A program made the translations under genes and the position numbers. From NCBI GenBank assembly GCA_016182095.1, contig JACOXY010000012.1:25864-89863 (forward strand): 64,000 nucleotides of DNA. Direction: 5' to 3'. Under the pieces are notes generated by a model. That model was given only the letters and a program-made list of their open reading frames with translations, did no database searches and was not told the DNA's origin. Positions 37,613-47,491 of the stretch are shown piece by piece (position 1 is the stretch's first letter; every line of letters starts with the position of its first letter). This DNA is from Candidatus Liptonbacteria bacterium. Lineage in GTDB: Bacteria; Patescibacteriota; Minisyncoccia; UBA6257; JACOXY01.

Positions 37613-38368
37613 TTATTTAGTGCTGTATCTGACTTTATGATAAGCCCGATGCAAAAAGTAAAATCCAAAAACCAAAAATAATATACTCATTGTTTGTGTG
37701 ACAAAAAAGAACTTTGAGCCGGCAATAACCGTGTACCAAGCTTGCGGCGGATACTTTAAAACATTTACAATAATGAAAACATTGCGCGCGAGCCCTAAAA
37801 CAGATTCTCCGATAATCCCCAAAGATCCAAAAAACAGAAGGGTCTTTTTAATGTCTTTTTGAAAGAACAAACGAAAAACTGTTAAGACAATCAAAATGCG
37901 CATGGGAATATAAAATACGATATTACCGCCAAGCGGGAGTATATAGGTCTGGATGATACCCTTATGCCATATAAACTGATACGCAAAAAATGCCGTCGCG
38001 GCCACAAACCAAATAGCAAGAACAGTTTTTTTGCTCTTGCTTATTTTAAATCCGGACATTCTAACAACGCCCAGATAAATAAACATTAGCGCAAGAAATG
38101 TTATCGGGAATGTAAGAGCAAAAAACAAATTAAAATCAGTAACGATAATAGCTCTGCCAAGACCGATTAAAATGGCCGGCACCTGAAACCAATAGAACAG
38201 AAAGAGCGACAGCGACCAATGTATATAAGCTCGGGCATGGCGCTCGTGTCTATGTCGCCACCACCAAACCAAAAAATAAATACTGCTAATAACCCCTAAA
38301 GCAAGCGCGAGAAACGGCAGTAGAATGAAAACAATTTCCATGTAATGAAAAAAGGCGTCGCCCATCAA
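37613..38368 (-). CDS. multi-pass membrane protein
   Basis: About 7 hydrophobic segments; downstream of copA. Confidence 0.7.
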   Translation of the reverse strand: MMGDAFFHYMEIVFILLPFLALALGVISSIYFLVWWWRHRHERHARAYIHWSLSLFLFYWFQVPAILIGLGRAIIVTDFNLFFALTFPITFLALMFIYLGVVRMSGFKISKSKKTVLAIWFVAATAFFAYQFIWHKGIIQTYILPLGGNIVFYIPMRILIVLTVFRLFFQKDIKKTLLFFGSLGIIGESVLGLARNVFIIVNVLKYPPQAWYTVIAGSKFFFVTQTMSILFLVFGFYFLHRAYHKVRYSTK

Positions 38369-38388
38369 CCAAGCACCCCATATGTTAA

Positions 38389-40794
38389 TTATAACACTTT
38401 AACCGGGTCCCATCCCTTTTTCTTTAGCAAAAGAGAATTCAACACAACCGAAACGGAACTTGTCGCCATGGCGACGGACGCGTAAATTGGATTTAAAAGC
38501 AGACCAAAAAACGGATAGAGCGCCCCCATCGCTACCGGAATTAAAATCACATTATAGGCAAATGCCCAGAAAAGATTCTGCCTGATTGTCCTCATGGTTT
38601 TTTTAGAGAGAATTATGGCGGAAACTACCGACCGCAAGTCTTTATTTATAAGAGTAATGTCCGCCGCCTCTATTGCCACGTCAGTGCCAGTGCCCATAGC
38701 AATACCCACGTCAGCGGCAGCCAAGGCCGGCGCGTCATTTATGCCGTCGCCAACCATAGCCACGACCTTACCATCTAATTGAATTTTTCTCACCTCCGCC
38801 TCTTTTTGGTCAGGAAGGACTTCGGCGAGGACTCTTTGTATGCCGGCTTTTTTTGCGATTGCTTTGGCTGTGCGCTCATTGTCGCCAGTAATCATTACCG
38901 TTTCTACTCCAAGATTCGTGAGCGCTTGAACAGCCAAACCAGCGGTATCTTTAATTGTGTCCGCGACAGCAATAGCGCCGATCACTTCTTTGCTCAGCGC
39001 CAAAAGCATTGCCGTTTTCCCCTCGCCCTGTAGTTCGTGAATTTTGTCGCGCGCTTCATTAGTTACCGCCACTTCGTGAGACTCCATAAGCCGAAAATTT
39101 CCCAAAAGCACAAGGTGCTCGGTTACTTTCCCGCTCAAACCGAACCCTGGTTCAGCTTTAAATTCTTTAATTTCCGGCTTTTCCGCATTCAACTCTCCCG
39201 CTTCTTTCTGAATTGCCGCATCAATTGGATGCGAGGACTGCCTACCCAAGAGAGCCGCGAGCCCCACCATAAATCCCTTGACGCCATGTCCTGCGATAGC
39301 TTCAAATTTTGAAACATTAAGAAGCGGGACTTTGTCTTGGGATGCCTTCTCCACAATGGTTTTGGCAAGCGGATGCTCGGAGAGATTTTCAATTGAGGCG
39401 GCAATTTGCAAGATATCCGCCTGCACCTCCGGCTCTTTGCTCTCAATAAAAGAGATTACATCGGTAACTTCCGGCTCACCGCGGGTCAAGGTCCCGGTCT
39501 TATCAAAAATCACCACGTTCACTTTATGGGCTGTTTCCAAACTTTCGGCATCCTTGATTAAAATGCCGTGCTCCGCGCCTTTGCCGGTGCCAACCATTAT
39601 TGCCGTTGGAGTCGCAAGCCCCATGGCGCAAGGACAGGCAATTATAAGCACGGCGACAGTATTCAACATCGCGAAAAGAAATGCCGGCTCCGGACCAAAA
39701 TCATACCAAACGGCAAATGTGATAAAGCCAAGCATTATTACAACCGGCACAAAATATGAAGACACCAAATCCGCGAGCCGTTGAATCGGCGCCTTGCTCC
39801 CCTGCGCTTCCTGAACTAATTTTATAATTTGAGCGAGCATGGTGTCCGAGCCAACTTTCTCTGCCCTAAAAATAAAGGTTCCGGTTTTATTAATAGTCGC
39901 CCCGATTACCGTATCCCCGCTTGCCTTAAGAACCGGAATGCTTTCTCCGGTAACCATGGATTCGTCAACCGCGGAACTGCCGTCAATAATTACTCCGTCA
40001 ACGGGAATTTTCTCTCCGGGGCGGACGCGGACAATGTCGCCAATTTCTACCTCGCTTATGGAAATATCAATTTCTTTCCCGTCACGCACAACTCGCGCTG
40101 TTTTTGCCTGCAAGCCAATAAGCTTTTTAATTGCTTCCGAGGTTCCGGCTTTGGCTTTCGCCTCAAAATACCGCCCCAAAAGGATAAGACCTATGATAAT
40201 AGTCGCGACATCAAAATAAGGGGCCGCCTCCACTCCAATTCGCTCTATTATACCCGGAAACACTGTCACAAAAGCCGAGTAACCGAAAGCAACCGTGGTG
40301 CCAATAGCAACTAACGTATCCATATTGGCGGTCCTATGCTTTAGCGCGGAGATTGACGCCTTATAAAAACCGAGGCCAGCCCAAAATTGGACGGGCGCGG
40401 CCAAGATAAGTTCCGTCCAAAAGTTTTTAAGTAATTCCGGAGCAGAATTCATTAGCCCAGGGAAACTGCCCCACAAAATAAGACCGCCTAAAAATAAACT
40501 GGCCACAACCTTGACTCTAAGAGCTTTGAGCTCTCTGTGTTTTTCTTTTTGCTCCTCATCTTCGGTTTGAATTTCTTCGCTTATCAGGGCCGCATAACCG
40601 ACATTAGCGACCGCGGAAAGCAAGTGCTCGTCCTTAACTTGCTCCGGATCATAAGTTATCGTCGCCGTTTCATTGGCCAAATTCACGCCGGCGCCCTCTA
40701 TCCCCTGAACTTTTTTAAGCGCTTGCTCGATAGTCAAAACACACGAGGCGCAATGCATGCCTTTAATTCTGAATTGTTTAGTTGTGGTAGCCAT
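38389..40794 (-). CDS. copA: Cu(I)-translocating P1B-type ATPase
   Basis: [33 protein letters not shown] and MATSS. Confidence 0.95.
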   Translation of the reverse strand: MATTTKQFRIKGMHCASCVLTIEQALKKVQGIEGAGVNLANETATITYDPEQVKDEHLLSAVANVGYAALISEEIQTEDEEQKEKHRELKALRVKVVASLFLGGLILWGSFPGLMNSAPELLKNFWTELILAAPVQFWAGLGFYKASISALKHRTANMDTLVAIGTTVAFGYSAFVTVFPGIIERIGVEAAPYFDVATIIIGLILLGRYFEAKAKAGTSEAIKKLIGLQAKTARVVRDGKEIDISISEVEIGDIVRVRPGEKIPVDGVIIDGSSAVDESMVTGESIPVLKASGDTVIGATINKTGTFIFRAEKVGSDTMLAQIIKLVQEAQGSKAPIQRLADLVSSYFVPVVIMLGFITFAVWYDFGPEPAFLFAMLNTVAVLIIACPCAMGLATPTAIMVGTGKGAEHGILIKDAESLETAHKVNVVIFDKTGTLTRGEPEVTDVISFIESKEPEVQADILQIAASIENLSEHPLAKTIVEKASQDKVPLLNVSKFEAIAGHGVKGFMVGLAALLGRQSSHPIDAAIQKEAGELNAEKPEIKEFKAEPGFGLSGKVTEHLVLLGNFRLMESHEVAVTNEARDKIHELQGEGKTAMLLALSKEVIGAIAVADTIKDTAGLAVQALTNLGVETVMITGDNERTAKAIAKKAGIQRVLAEVLPDQKEAEVRKIQLDGKVVAMVGDGINDAPALAAADVGIAMGTGTDVAIEAADITLINKDLRSVVSAIILSKKTMRTIRQNLFWAFAYNVILIPVAMGALYPFFGLLLNPIYASVAMATSSVSVVLNSLLLKKKGWDPVKVL

Positions 40795-40901
40795 TATAAA
40801 AAAATAAAAATTAAAAAAATTATGGCATTACTGCGCAGTAATTTATAAATTGTGAGCGAAGCGAACTCCTAAATTTTGATTTTTGCATTTTTATTTTTGA
40901 T

Positions 40902-41273
40902 TTACTTCACTACTATTTTCCCGTGAAACATATTCATGCCACAGGAAAATTTAAACTCGCCGGCTTTTTCGGGTTTTAACTCAATCGCAACTTTCTGGTT
41001 CAGGGGCAGATACTTCCTAACTCTAAAATCAGGAATTATTACCTCTTCCAGGCAGCTATTCTCGTCTCGCCGCGTAAAATTCAATGTGGTTGTTTTGCCT
41101 TTTTGAATTGAAACTGCCTGCGGAGAATATCCGCCGCTCACGACGATATCTATGCTTGAACCGCTGAAATCAGATTTAGCAACGGCCACCGCCGCCTCCT
41201 TCTTCATCAAAAAAAACCAGTAAGTTAAGGCCATCCCCAATAGAGCCGATGCGGTAACTATGATTTTGTCCAT
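40902..41273 (-). CDS. membrane-anchored cupredoxin-domain copper chaperone (CupA-like)
   Basis: GGYSP, FSCGMNM.HG. Confidence 0.85.
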   Translation of the reverse strand: MDKIIVTASALLGMALTYWFFLMKKEAAVAVAKSDFSGSSIDIVVSGGYSPQAVSIQKGKTTTLNFTRRDENSCLEEVIIPDFRVRKYLPLNQKVAIELKPEKAGEFKFSCGMNMFHGKIVVK

Positions 41274-41363
41274 GTTTGTATTAACTATTTTTAATCAACG
41301 ACCCCACAAACAACGCTTGCGGTGAATCCGTAAAAAATAACCTTTAAAACACGGCGGAACATT

Positions 41364-41618
41364 CTATTTTATTATTGCCCGGTTGTGTAGCCAAGCAAAT
41401 ACGTAGGCGCTTATATAAGTGAGGATTATAACCTCAAAGAATCCGTAAATAGCTTCTGGGAAACTTATTCCGGCTTCCAGATTAACCAAATGTACCATCC
41501 AGCTAAAAAGTTGAAGCGCTAACCCGGGCACTAACGCCACCAAAAGAGCGCAGACCACATACCAAGCTCCCATAACTTCAGCGGCCGCTAAGGAAAATTT
41601 GCTTTTGTTTAATTCCAT
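41364..41618 (-). CDS. small membrane protein (DUF5676-like)
   Basis: YVVC...WMVH pattern within the cop operon. Confidence 0.7.
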   Translation of the reverse strand: MELNKSKFSLAAAEVMGAWYVVCALLVALVPGLALQLFSWMVHLVNLEAGISFPEAIYGFFEVIILTYISAYVFAWLHNRAIIK

Positions 41619-41627
41619 AAATTTAAA

Positions 41628-41900
41628 CTATCTATTTGATAAGTTAAACACCTTAATGAGTTCCTTAATAGCCCTCTCATTTTCTTTCCTATTTTGCATC
41701 TGCTCTATAACATGAGTCCGCAGGTGATTTTCTAAAAGAAACGCGTCAAGGCTTTTAATCGACCTTTGGATTGATAGGGATTGCTCCAAAATGTCAGGGC
41801 AGTACGTCTCTTTCTCAATAGCTCTAATAAGGCCATCTAATTGACCGCGAATGATTTTTGCTCGATGAATCGCTCTTTTCTTAAGTTTTCGATCTACCAT
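41628..41900 (-). CDS. csoR: CsoR/RcnR family metal-sensing repressor
   Basis: R.KII.GQ..G......E.YC.DIL.Q...LLENHL.TH. Confidence 0.88.
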   Translation of the reverse strand: MVDRKLKKRAIHRAKIIRGQLDGLIRAIEKETYCPDILEQSLSIQRSIKSLDAFLLENHLRTHVIEQMQNRKENERAIKELIKVFNLSNR

Positions 41901-41906
41901 ACCAAT

Positions 41907-41935
41907 ATCCTATACCCCTATATCCTATTTGTCAA
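41907..41935 (-). promoter_or_regulatory. cop operon promoter with G-tract operator candidate
   Basis: TTGACA-N17-TAGGAT enclosing TATA-GGGG-TATA; ATG 6 nt after the -10. Confidence 0.55.
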
Positions 41936-41986
41936 ATGTGTGGATAAATTTTCACTGCGGCATTTTGGCCGCATTTATAGCAAGGT

Positions 41987-42673
41987 TTATGCCTTCAAAC
42001 TTTCAACCTCTTTTTTGGCAAGCATCCTATATTTGCCAACGCCGATCCCCTTTAAGTTTATACTGCCGATTCTGACACGCCTAAGATTTTCAATGGTTAG
42101 GCGCAAGGCATCTGCCATCCGCCTTATTTGATGTTTCCTCCCCTCCTTTAATACCAGAGAAAATTTGTTTTTGCCTATTAGTTTCGCTTTAGCCGGTAAA
42201 GTGACGCCATCTTCTAATTTAATGCCCTCTTCCAGCTTTTTTGTATGCCACGGGCGAATATTTTCTCTGACTTGAACTTCGTATTCTTTTTCGATTTTGT
42301 GGTCATACCCAGTTACGGCGCGCGTAACGACGCCATCATTCGAAAGCAAAATTAATCCCTCGCTTTCCTTATCCAAACGTCCCACTGTATTTAGATTTTT
42401 AAATTCCGGTAAAAGTTCAAAAATTGTCTTGCTATCGTCATGATTTTTATCACAAACAATTCCGCGCGGCTTATTCACGGCAATGGTAATTTTTTTATTG
42501 ATTTCGTTTTTTAGAGCTTCGGCAATTTCAATCTTGTCCTTCTCCGGATCAATCTGGCGCCCTAAATCGCGCACAACCTCGCCATTCAGCTTAACAAGCC
42601 CAGCTTTCATATATTTTTCTGCCTCCCTCCGCGACAGAACTCCCTTTTGTGATAAGTATTTTTGAATCCGCAT
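41987..42673 (-). CDS. rRNA pseudouridine synthase (RsuA/RluB family)
   Basis: S4 domain SRREAE, NKPRG, GRLDKESEGL, EGRKHQIRRM. Confidence 0.93.
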   Translation of the reverse strand: MRIQKYLSQKGVLSRREAEKYMKAGLVKLNGEVVRDLGRQIDPEKDKIEIAEALKNEINKKITIAVNKPRGIVCDKNHDDSKTIFELLPEFKNLNTVGRLDKESEGLILLSNDGVVTRAVTGYDHKIEKEYEVQVRENIRPWHTKKLEEGIKLEDGVTLPAKAKLIGKNKFSLVLKEGRKHQIRRMADALRLTIENLRRVRIGSINLKGIGVGKYRMLAKKEVESLKA

Positions 42674-42693
42674 TGAGCTTATTATGCAGTTTA

Positions 42694-42727
42694 AACATTC
42701 TAACATTCTTGAGAATGTTAGAATGTT
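42694..42727. repeat. 34-bp palindrome family A, downstream of HTH gene 2
   Basis: aacattctaacattc-ttga-gaatgttagaatgtt (perfect 15-bp arms). Confidence 0.9.
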
Positions 42728-42738
42728 TATTGATGAAA

Positions 42739-43005
42739 TCAAAAAGTTTTGGCGAACTTAACCATCATTTTGCCAAAAGGTGACAATGAATGCTCAACTT
42801 CCCTGCCATGATATTTCTTATAAAGAAGGCCAGCGCCAACCAAACGTCTCGTATGCTCTGATGCTGTTTTTATGTTGCAATCAAGTTCTTTAGAAATTGC
42901 CTCTAGGGTCATGCCTTCGTTGCTGGAAATTAAAAATAAAATATCAAGCCGCCTGTGATTTGCCATACCCTTGAAATATCTCTCTAACTGTTTTGATGTT
43001 TTCAT
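42739..43005 (-). CDS. ArsR-like winged helix-turn-helix protein (copy 2)
   Basis: ANHRRLDIL...SEHTRRL..AGLL.K; paralog of 1671..1955. Confidence 0.85.
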   Translation of the reverse strand: MKTSKQLERYFKGMANHRRLDILFLISSNEGMTLEAISKELDCNIKTASEHTRRLVGAGLLYKKYHGREVEHSLSPFGKMMVKFAKTF

Positions 43006-43034
43006 AACCTAAGAACTGTATCATAGTTTTCCAA

Positions 43035-43068
43035 AACATTCTAACATTCTCAAGAATGTTAGAATGTT
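43035..43068. repeat. 34-bp palindrome family A, upstream of HTH gene 2
   Basis: aacattctaacattc-tcaa-gaatgttagaatgtt, arms extend to 43029-43074; extra half site at 43133-43150. Confidence 0.9.
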
Positions 43069-43186
43069 TTGGAATGGGTAATGAGTGGATAAGAAACCTT
43101 TTGCATTAAACTATGTCAGTAAATGGTTAATACAAGAATGTCGTAATGTTGTGGGCAAGATTTTAAGGTAAAAATCGCTCCGATGT

Positions 43187-44185
43187 CTATCCGTGTCTAA
43201 TGACTACGACATCTCCATCCTGAAATACATAATCTTTGCCTTCTAGGCGCAAAAGGCCTTTTTGTTTTGCCGCCTGCCATCCGCCGCTCGCGTGAAGCGC
43301 CTCATAGGACACCACCTCCGCGCGAATAAATTTATTTTCAAAATCGGTGTGGATTACTCCCGCGGCTTGCGGCGCGAGCGTGCCGCGTTTTATAGTCCAG
43401 GCGCGCGTTTCATCTTCGCCGGTCGTAAAGAAACTTATCAAATCTAGAATTTCATATGCCTTCTTTATAAGCGGGTTGAGATTAAAGTTGTGATCGCTTA
43501 AATCAGCGACTAAATATGAATAGCCCAATGCTTTTATCATATTTTTTAACTCGTCCGGCACATCATCCTCCTTGCCATTCAGTAAAAATAGAATTTCTTT
43601 AGCAGTTAATAGCTGAAGTTCTTTAATTTCCGGCTCATCCCTTAGATCGCGCAACATCTCACCTTTTTCAAGTTTCACCTTAGCTTTTTTCAAAATTTCT
43701 ACCGTTGCGATTGCATCCTTTTTACCGGTTTTTGCCTCTCCTTCAGCGCTTTTTAATCTTTTTTCTACCACTTCTAAGTCTTTGAGCATCAATTCTGTAT
43801 TTATGGTTTCAATGTCGCGCAAAGGGTTCACATTAGATTCAACATGAATAATCTCCCCTCCGCCAAAACATCGCACTACCTGCACTATTGCCTGCGTTTC
43901 GCGAATATGAGATAAGAATTGATTACCAAGACCTTCGCCCTTGTTCGCCCCCTTAACCAACCCGGCAATATCATAAAATTCCACAATAGCCGGAATTTTC
44001 TTTTTGGATTTTGAAAGTTCGACAAGTTTATCCACTCTCTCGTCCGGAACAGTCACTATGCCAACATTCGGATCAATAGTTGCAAACGGATAATTGGCGA
44101 TAGTGATATCAATTTTCGTAAGCGCCTTAAAAAGCGTGGATTTACCGACATTTGGGAGACCGACAATGCCAAGAGAGAGTTTCAT
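43187..44185 (-). CDS. ychF: redox-regulated ATPase YchF
   Basis: GIVGLPNVGKST, NYPFATIDPN, DIAGLVKGA, APQAAGVIHTDF. Confidence 0.96.
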   Translation of the reverse strand: MKLSLGIVGLPNVGKSTLFKALTKIDITIANYPFATIDPNVGIVTVPDERVDKLVELSKSKKKIPAIVEFYDIAGLVKGANKGEGLGNQFLSHIRETQAIVQVVRCFGGGEIIHVESNVNPLRDIETINTELMLKDLEVVEKRLKSAEGEAKTGKKDAIATVEILKKAKVKLEKGEMLRDLRDEPEIKELQLLTAKEILFLLNGKEDDVPDELKNMIKALGYSYLVADLSDHNFNLNPLIKKAYEILDLISFFTTGEDETRAWTIKRGTLAPQAAGVIHTDFENKFIRAEVVSYEALHASGGWQAAKQKGLLRLEGKDYVFQDGDVVVIRHG

Positions 44186-44263
44186 AATGGATAAATAATA
44201 GCACAACTAAAAGAAAATTCGCCAGTGAAGGCGAATTTTCTTTTTATAGACTTTTCCAACTAA

Positions 44264-45067
44264 TCAGCTTGAGGTCGCCGTAGAAGTGCCAGTGCCGCCA
44301 TCTCCCCTAGCCGCCTTGAAGTCAGCTTTGGCTTTTTCAAAGGCCGCCTTGAAATCGGCTTGCGCTTTTTCAAAGGCCGCTTTCTTAGCTTCAATAAGCG
44401 GCTTTACTCCGTCTCTAATTTTATCTGCCGCTTTGCGATCAGCTTGGAACTTTTCCCGCGCGGCCTTAAGCGCCGCTTGCAAATTAGTCCTCACAGTAGC
44501 AGGCTTTACGCCGCCTGCGCAATCGGCCCTTGCCTTATCAAGCGCCGCTTTTACAGAGGCCTTAAAAGCACCAACAGCGCTCTTTACAGCGTCGCGTCGC
44601 GCCACTACCGCATTATCTATCCCATCTCTAAACGCATCGAGCGCCGTATTGATTGCCGCTCGGCGGGCTTCTATCGCCACCTTAAGGGCGGAGTGATAGG
44701 CATTTAGCGCCGCGCGCTCGGCTTCGCTTAAGGCTTTTTCCTGAAGCTTCACAAAGTGTTGAGCTAATCGCTCATCATGATTTTTTAGGCGTTCATCGTG
44801 ACGGGCATCGCGCTCATCACGCCTTGTGTCTAACTTAGTTTCTCGCTCATTTTTCCTTTCCGAAATAAGCGCATCTTGGCGAGAGAGATCTTCCTCTATT
44901 TTTTGGAGGCGCGCCTCCAGCGTCTCGCAAAAATTCGCGCCATCTCTTCCGCGATCAGAGGTGGTCGCATTTCTAGTTTGCGCGAAGGAAACAGCAGGTG
45001 TTACTAAACTCAACACGAGAATTGAGTTAATAACTGCCTCCGTTGATTTTTTAAAGATTTTTTTCAT
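44264..45067 (-). CDS. secreted alpha-helical coiled-coil protein
   Basis: Signal peptide ending SFA, Ala/Arg/Lys-rich helices. Confidence 0.75.
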   Translation of the reverse strand: MKKIFKKSTEAVINSILVLSLVTPAVSFAQTRNATTSDRGRDGANFCETLEARLQKIEEDLSRQDALISERKNERETKLDTRRDERDARHDERLKNHDERLAQHFVKLQEKALSEAERAALNAYHSALKVAIEARRAAINTALDAFRDGIDNAVVARRDAVKSAVGAFKASVKAALDKARADCAGGVKPATVRTNLQAALKAAREKFQADRKAADKIRDGVKPLIEAKKAAFEKAQADFKAAFEKAKADFKAARGDGGTGTSTATSS

Positions 45068-45347
45068 CGTATGTTTTTCCCATGCCATCCAGAGCATCAC
45101 TGTCAGATTGAATAAGATCGGCATCACCATCTTCGCTTGCATACCCTTCCGCCTCAAGAACCGCGTTTTCCAAAACAACCGCGTCTAAATCATCAGCCGA
45201 ATCTACTAATAATTGAGAGGGCTGTCCGGGCGCCTGGCCCTCTTCGGGGGCGATAACCGGAGATTGCTTGAAGTAGAAAAACACCGCGAGAAGAAGCGCT
45301 ATAAGCGCGATTGATAACAAAATTTTCCAGCCAGAATTTGATTCCAT
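45051..45347 (-). CDS. single-TM acidic hypothetical protein
   Basis: N-terminal TM helix, acidic tail. Confidence 0.65.
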   Translation of the reverse strand: MESNSGWKILLSIALIALLLAVFFYFKQSPVIAPEEGQAPGQPSQLLVDSADDLDAVVLENAVLEAEGYASEDGDADLIQSDSDALDGMGKTYDEKNL

Positions 45348-45441
45348 GGGTTTGTAATTTTTTGCGACCTTTGGGTGTTTATTTATGATAGCATACTGTG
45401 TCAGGCAGTACAGTTATTAAAAAACGGCATATTGCCGCTTG

Positions 45442-45795
45442 TTAAAATTCTTTAACTAATTTAAACCTTGGGCCCTGGTAATCGCCTCTATTAACCCACT
45501 CGGTAAATTCCGATTCTCTTTGCCAAAATACCGCAAAGTCATCATAAAGCTTCCTATAAACAACTATTTTAGTGCCGTTATCTTTGTGCCTTGCGACACA
45601 AATAACTTCATATAATTTCCCCTTAAAATGCTCATAAATGCCGGGGCTAGCTTTTATTTCTTCAACCCAATAGGTTTGCTTATGGTCCCGCATTTCCAAT
45701 TTTGTCTGTAAAGCGGCAAGCGGTCCGGCGCTTTCCGCTGTTTTTACCAAAAACTGATTTCCGTTATCATCCTGCCGCATCAAGCGATATTTCAT
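45442..45795 (-). CDS. DUF1653-domain protein with N-terminal RQDDNGN domain
   Basis: GIYEHFKGKLYEV...VVYRKLY...PRF. Confidence 0.75.
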   Translation of the reverse strand: MKYRLMRQDDNGNQFLVKTAESAGPLAALQTKLEMRDHKQTYWVEEIKASPGIYEHFKGKLYEVICVARHKDNGTKIVVYRKLYDDFAVFWQRESEFTEWVNRGDYQGPRFKLVKEF

Positions 45796-45847
45796 TGTTG
45801 CCTCGTTTGGCCACGAACTGAACTAATGATAATATAATTGCAGTATT

Positions 45848-47023
45848 TTGAAAATAGGACGCGCATTGAGACAGGTAAAGATAGTTTTAACCGGAGGACC
45901 TGCGGGCGGAAAAAGCAAGGGGCTAAAACGCATAAAAGAGTGCCAGGAAATTTTAGAATTGGGGTGGGATGTGGTAACAACCCCAGAATCAGCGACCATC
46001 ATTATTCCATGCGGATTTTCTCCGCCAAAATTTCTAAAACTTCCTGATAGAAAAAAGTATTTGGAAATGCAAAAATTGATCTTTAACACTCATTTATTTT
46101 TAGAAGACTCAATAAAAGACACAGCCAAAGAAGTATTTGGAGAACTTGTTTTAATGACACACGACAGAGGAATTCCTGATATAAAATGCTACAACACGGA
46201 AGAAGAGTATCAAAATTTTTTGCATAGCCGTAAAATGTTTGAAATTGAAGCGCGAGACGGGAGATATGACGCGGTTTTTCATCTTGCGACTATCGCGGAT
46301 ACCGACCCGGAATTATACATGAAAATATATGGGGAGAATGAGGCGCGTTATGAGGACACCCCAGAAAAAGCAATCGCGGCTGATCTAAAAACACGAGCCG
46401 CCTGGCTCGGACACCCGCACTTCAGAGTAATCCCAAACAGAACCTTAGACGGAAAAATTTTGAGCTTTGAGGAAAAAATGCGATTGCTTACACTGTATGT
46501 GAAGCAAATCCTGGCAGAAAATCCTTTAGAAGTTGAGAAGAAGTTTTTTCTTCACAACCCCGTGGAACTTGCGACATTCCCCGTGCCTTTTGTAAAAATT
46601 GAAATTGAGCAGATTTATCTAAGTGGAGCGGCTCATAAAGACAGAATCAGGCGTCGCACGCAAAACGGACATTCCCTTTACTATAGAACGCGGAAAAAAT
46701 CTACAAAAACAGCAGGCGTCAAAACGGAGAAAGAACGTAAGATTGGCCATGAAGAATACGAGGGCTTAAAAGAACTGGCTGATAGACATCGCCGTCCGAT
46801 TTTGAAAGACAGGATTCACTTCTTGTGGAAAAACCAATCTTTTGAACTGGATATATATAGAAGCCCCGAGCAAATTGCCGGAATGGCAATCCTGGAAAAT
46901 GAACTGCTAAGTGAAGAGGGGTTGGCGTCGCAAAATGCGGTAGAAGTCCCCGAATGGCTTGGGAAATATGATGATGTTACCGGTAAAAAAGAATATTCAA
47001 ACAGAAGTTTGGCGAGAAAATGA
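45848..47023 (+). CDS. NadR/Ttd14-like P-loop kinase fused to CYTH domain
   Basis: LTGGPAGGKS, PESAT, DRG, WLGHP; EVEKKF...RIRRR...FELD...ENE. Confidence 0.82.
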   Translation: MKIGRALRQVKIVLTGGPAGGKSKGLKRIKECQEILELGWDVVTTPESATIIIPCGFSPPKFLKLPDRKKYLEMQKLIFNTHLFLEDSIKDTAKEVFGELVLMTHDRGIPDIKCYNTEEEYQNFLHSRKMFEIEARDGRYDAVFHLATIADTDPELYMKIYGENEARYEDTPEKAIAADLKTRAAWLGHPHFRVIPNRTLDGKILSFEEKMRLLTLYVKQILAENPLEVEKKFFLHNPVELATFPVPFVKIEIEQIYLSGAAHKDRIRRRTQNGHSLYYRTRKKSTKTAGVKTEKERKIGHEEYEGLKELADRHRRPILKDRIHFLWKNQSFELDIYRSPEQIAGMAILENELLSEEGLASQNAVEVPEWLGKYDDVTGKKEYSNRSLARK

Positions 47024-47087
47024 TTTGCTTTTTGAGTAATAATTTAGTACATTAGTTCCAGCGAGCCAGAGCTTAAGGGAGAAGAGA

Positions 47088-47462
47088 ATGGCCGTAATAG
47101 AGCGAAAAGTTACTTACATTGTGCAATACAGTTACCCCGCATGCCGTGATGACGGCGATCCCGACGGTTTTCACGATATATTCTGGCTCAAAAGTTCTAT
47201 AAAAGTAGATGCTCTTAACGATCAAGAGGCGCAACTGGCCTCTATGGGAAATGAATCTCATAGAGAGGAGGTTTGCTATCATGGAAGACGCGCAAATCCA
47301 TCGGCAATAATAAAAATAGTAGAGGAATTGACGAAGGATGGATGGGAGCGACGCACTGAATCAGAAGTTCCGCTTCCTCGTCTTGAGCAATGTCCTTGTG
47401 GCAAGAAATATTGGCCAATAAAAGGCGAGAGAAAATGCCATGAGTTGGTTCCTGTGTGCTAA
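47088..47462 (+). CDS. hypothetical protein
   Basis: GGGAG SD; C-terminal CPCG motif. Confidence 0.6.
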   Translation: MAVIERKVTYIVQYSYPACRDDGDPDGFHDIFWLKSSIKVDALNDQEAQLASMGNESHREEVCYHGRRANPSAIIKIVEELTKDGWERRTESEVPLPRLEQCPCGKKYWPIKGERKCHELVPVC

Positions 47463-47491
47463 ATCCGTTTAATATAAACCCGCAATGCTTC

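Noticed and set aside
38594-40848. Plus-strand ORFs antisense to copA (similar shadows over ddl, purF, ftsEX, prfB and others)
   Set aside because: Antisense shadow frames of well-supported genes, with no motifs or expression signals.
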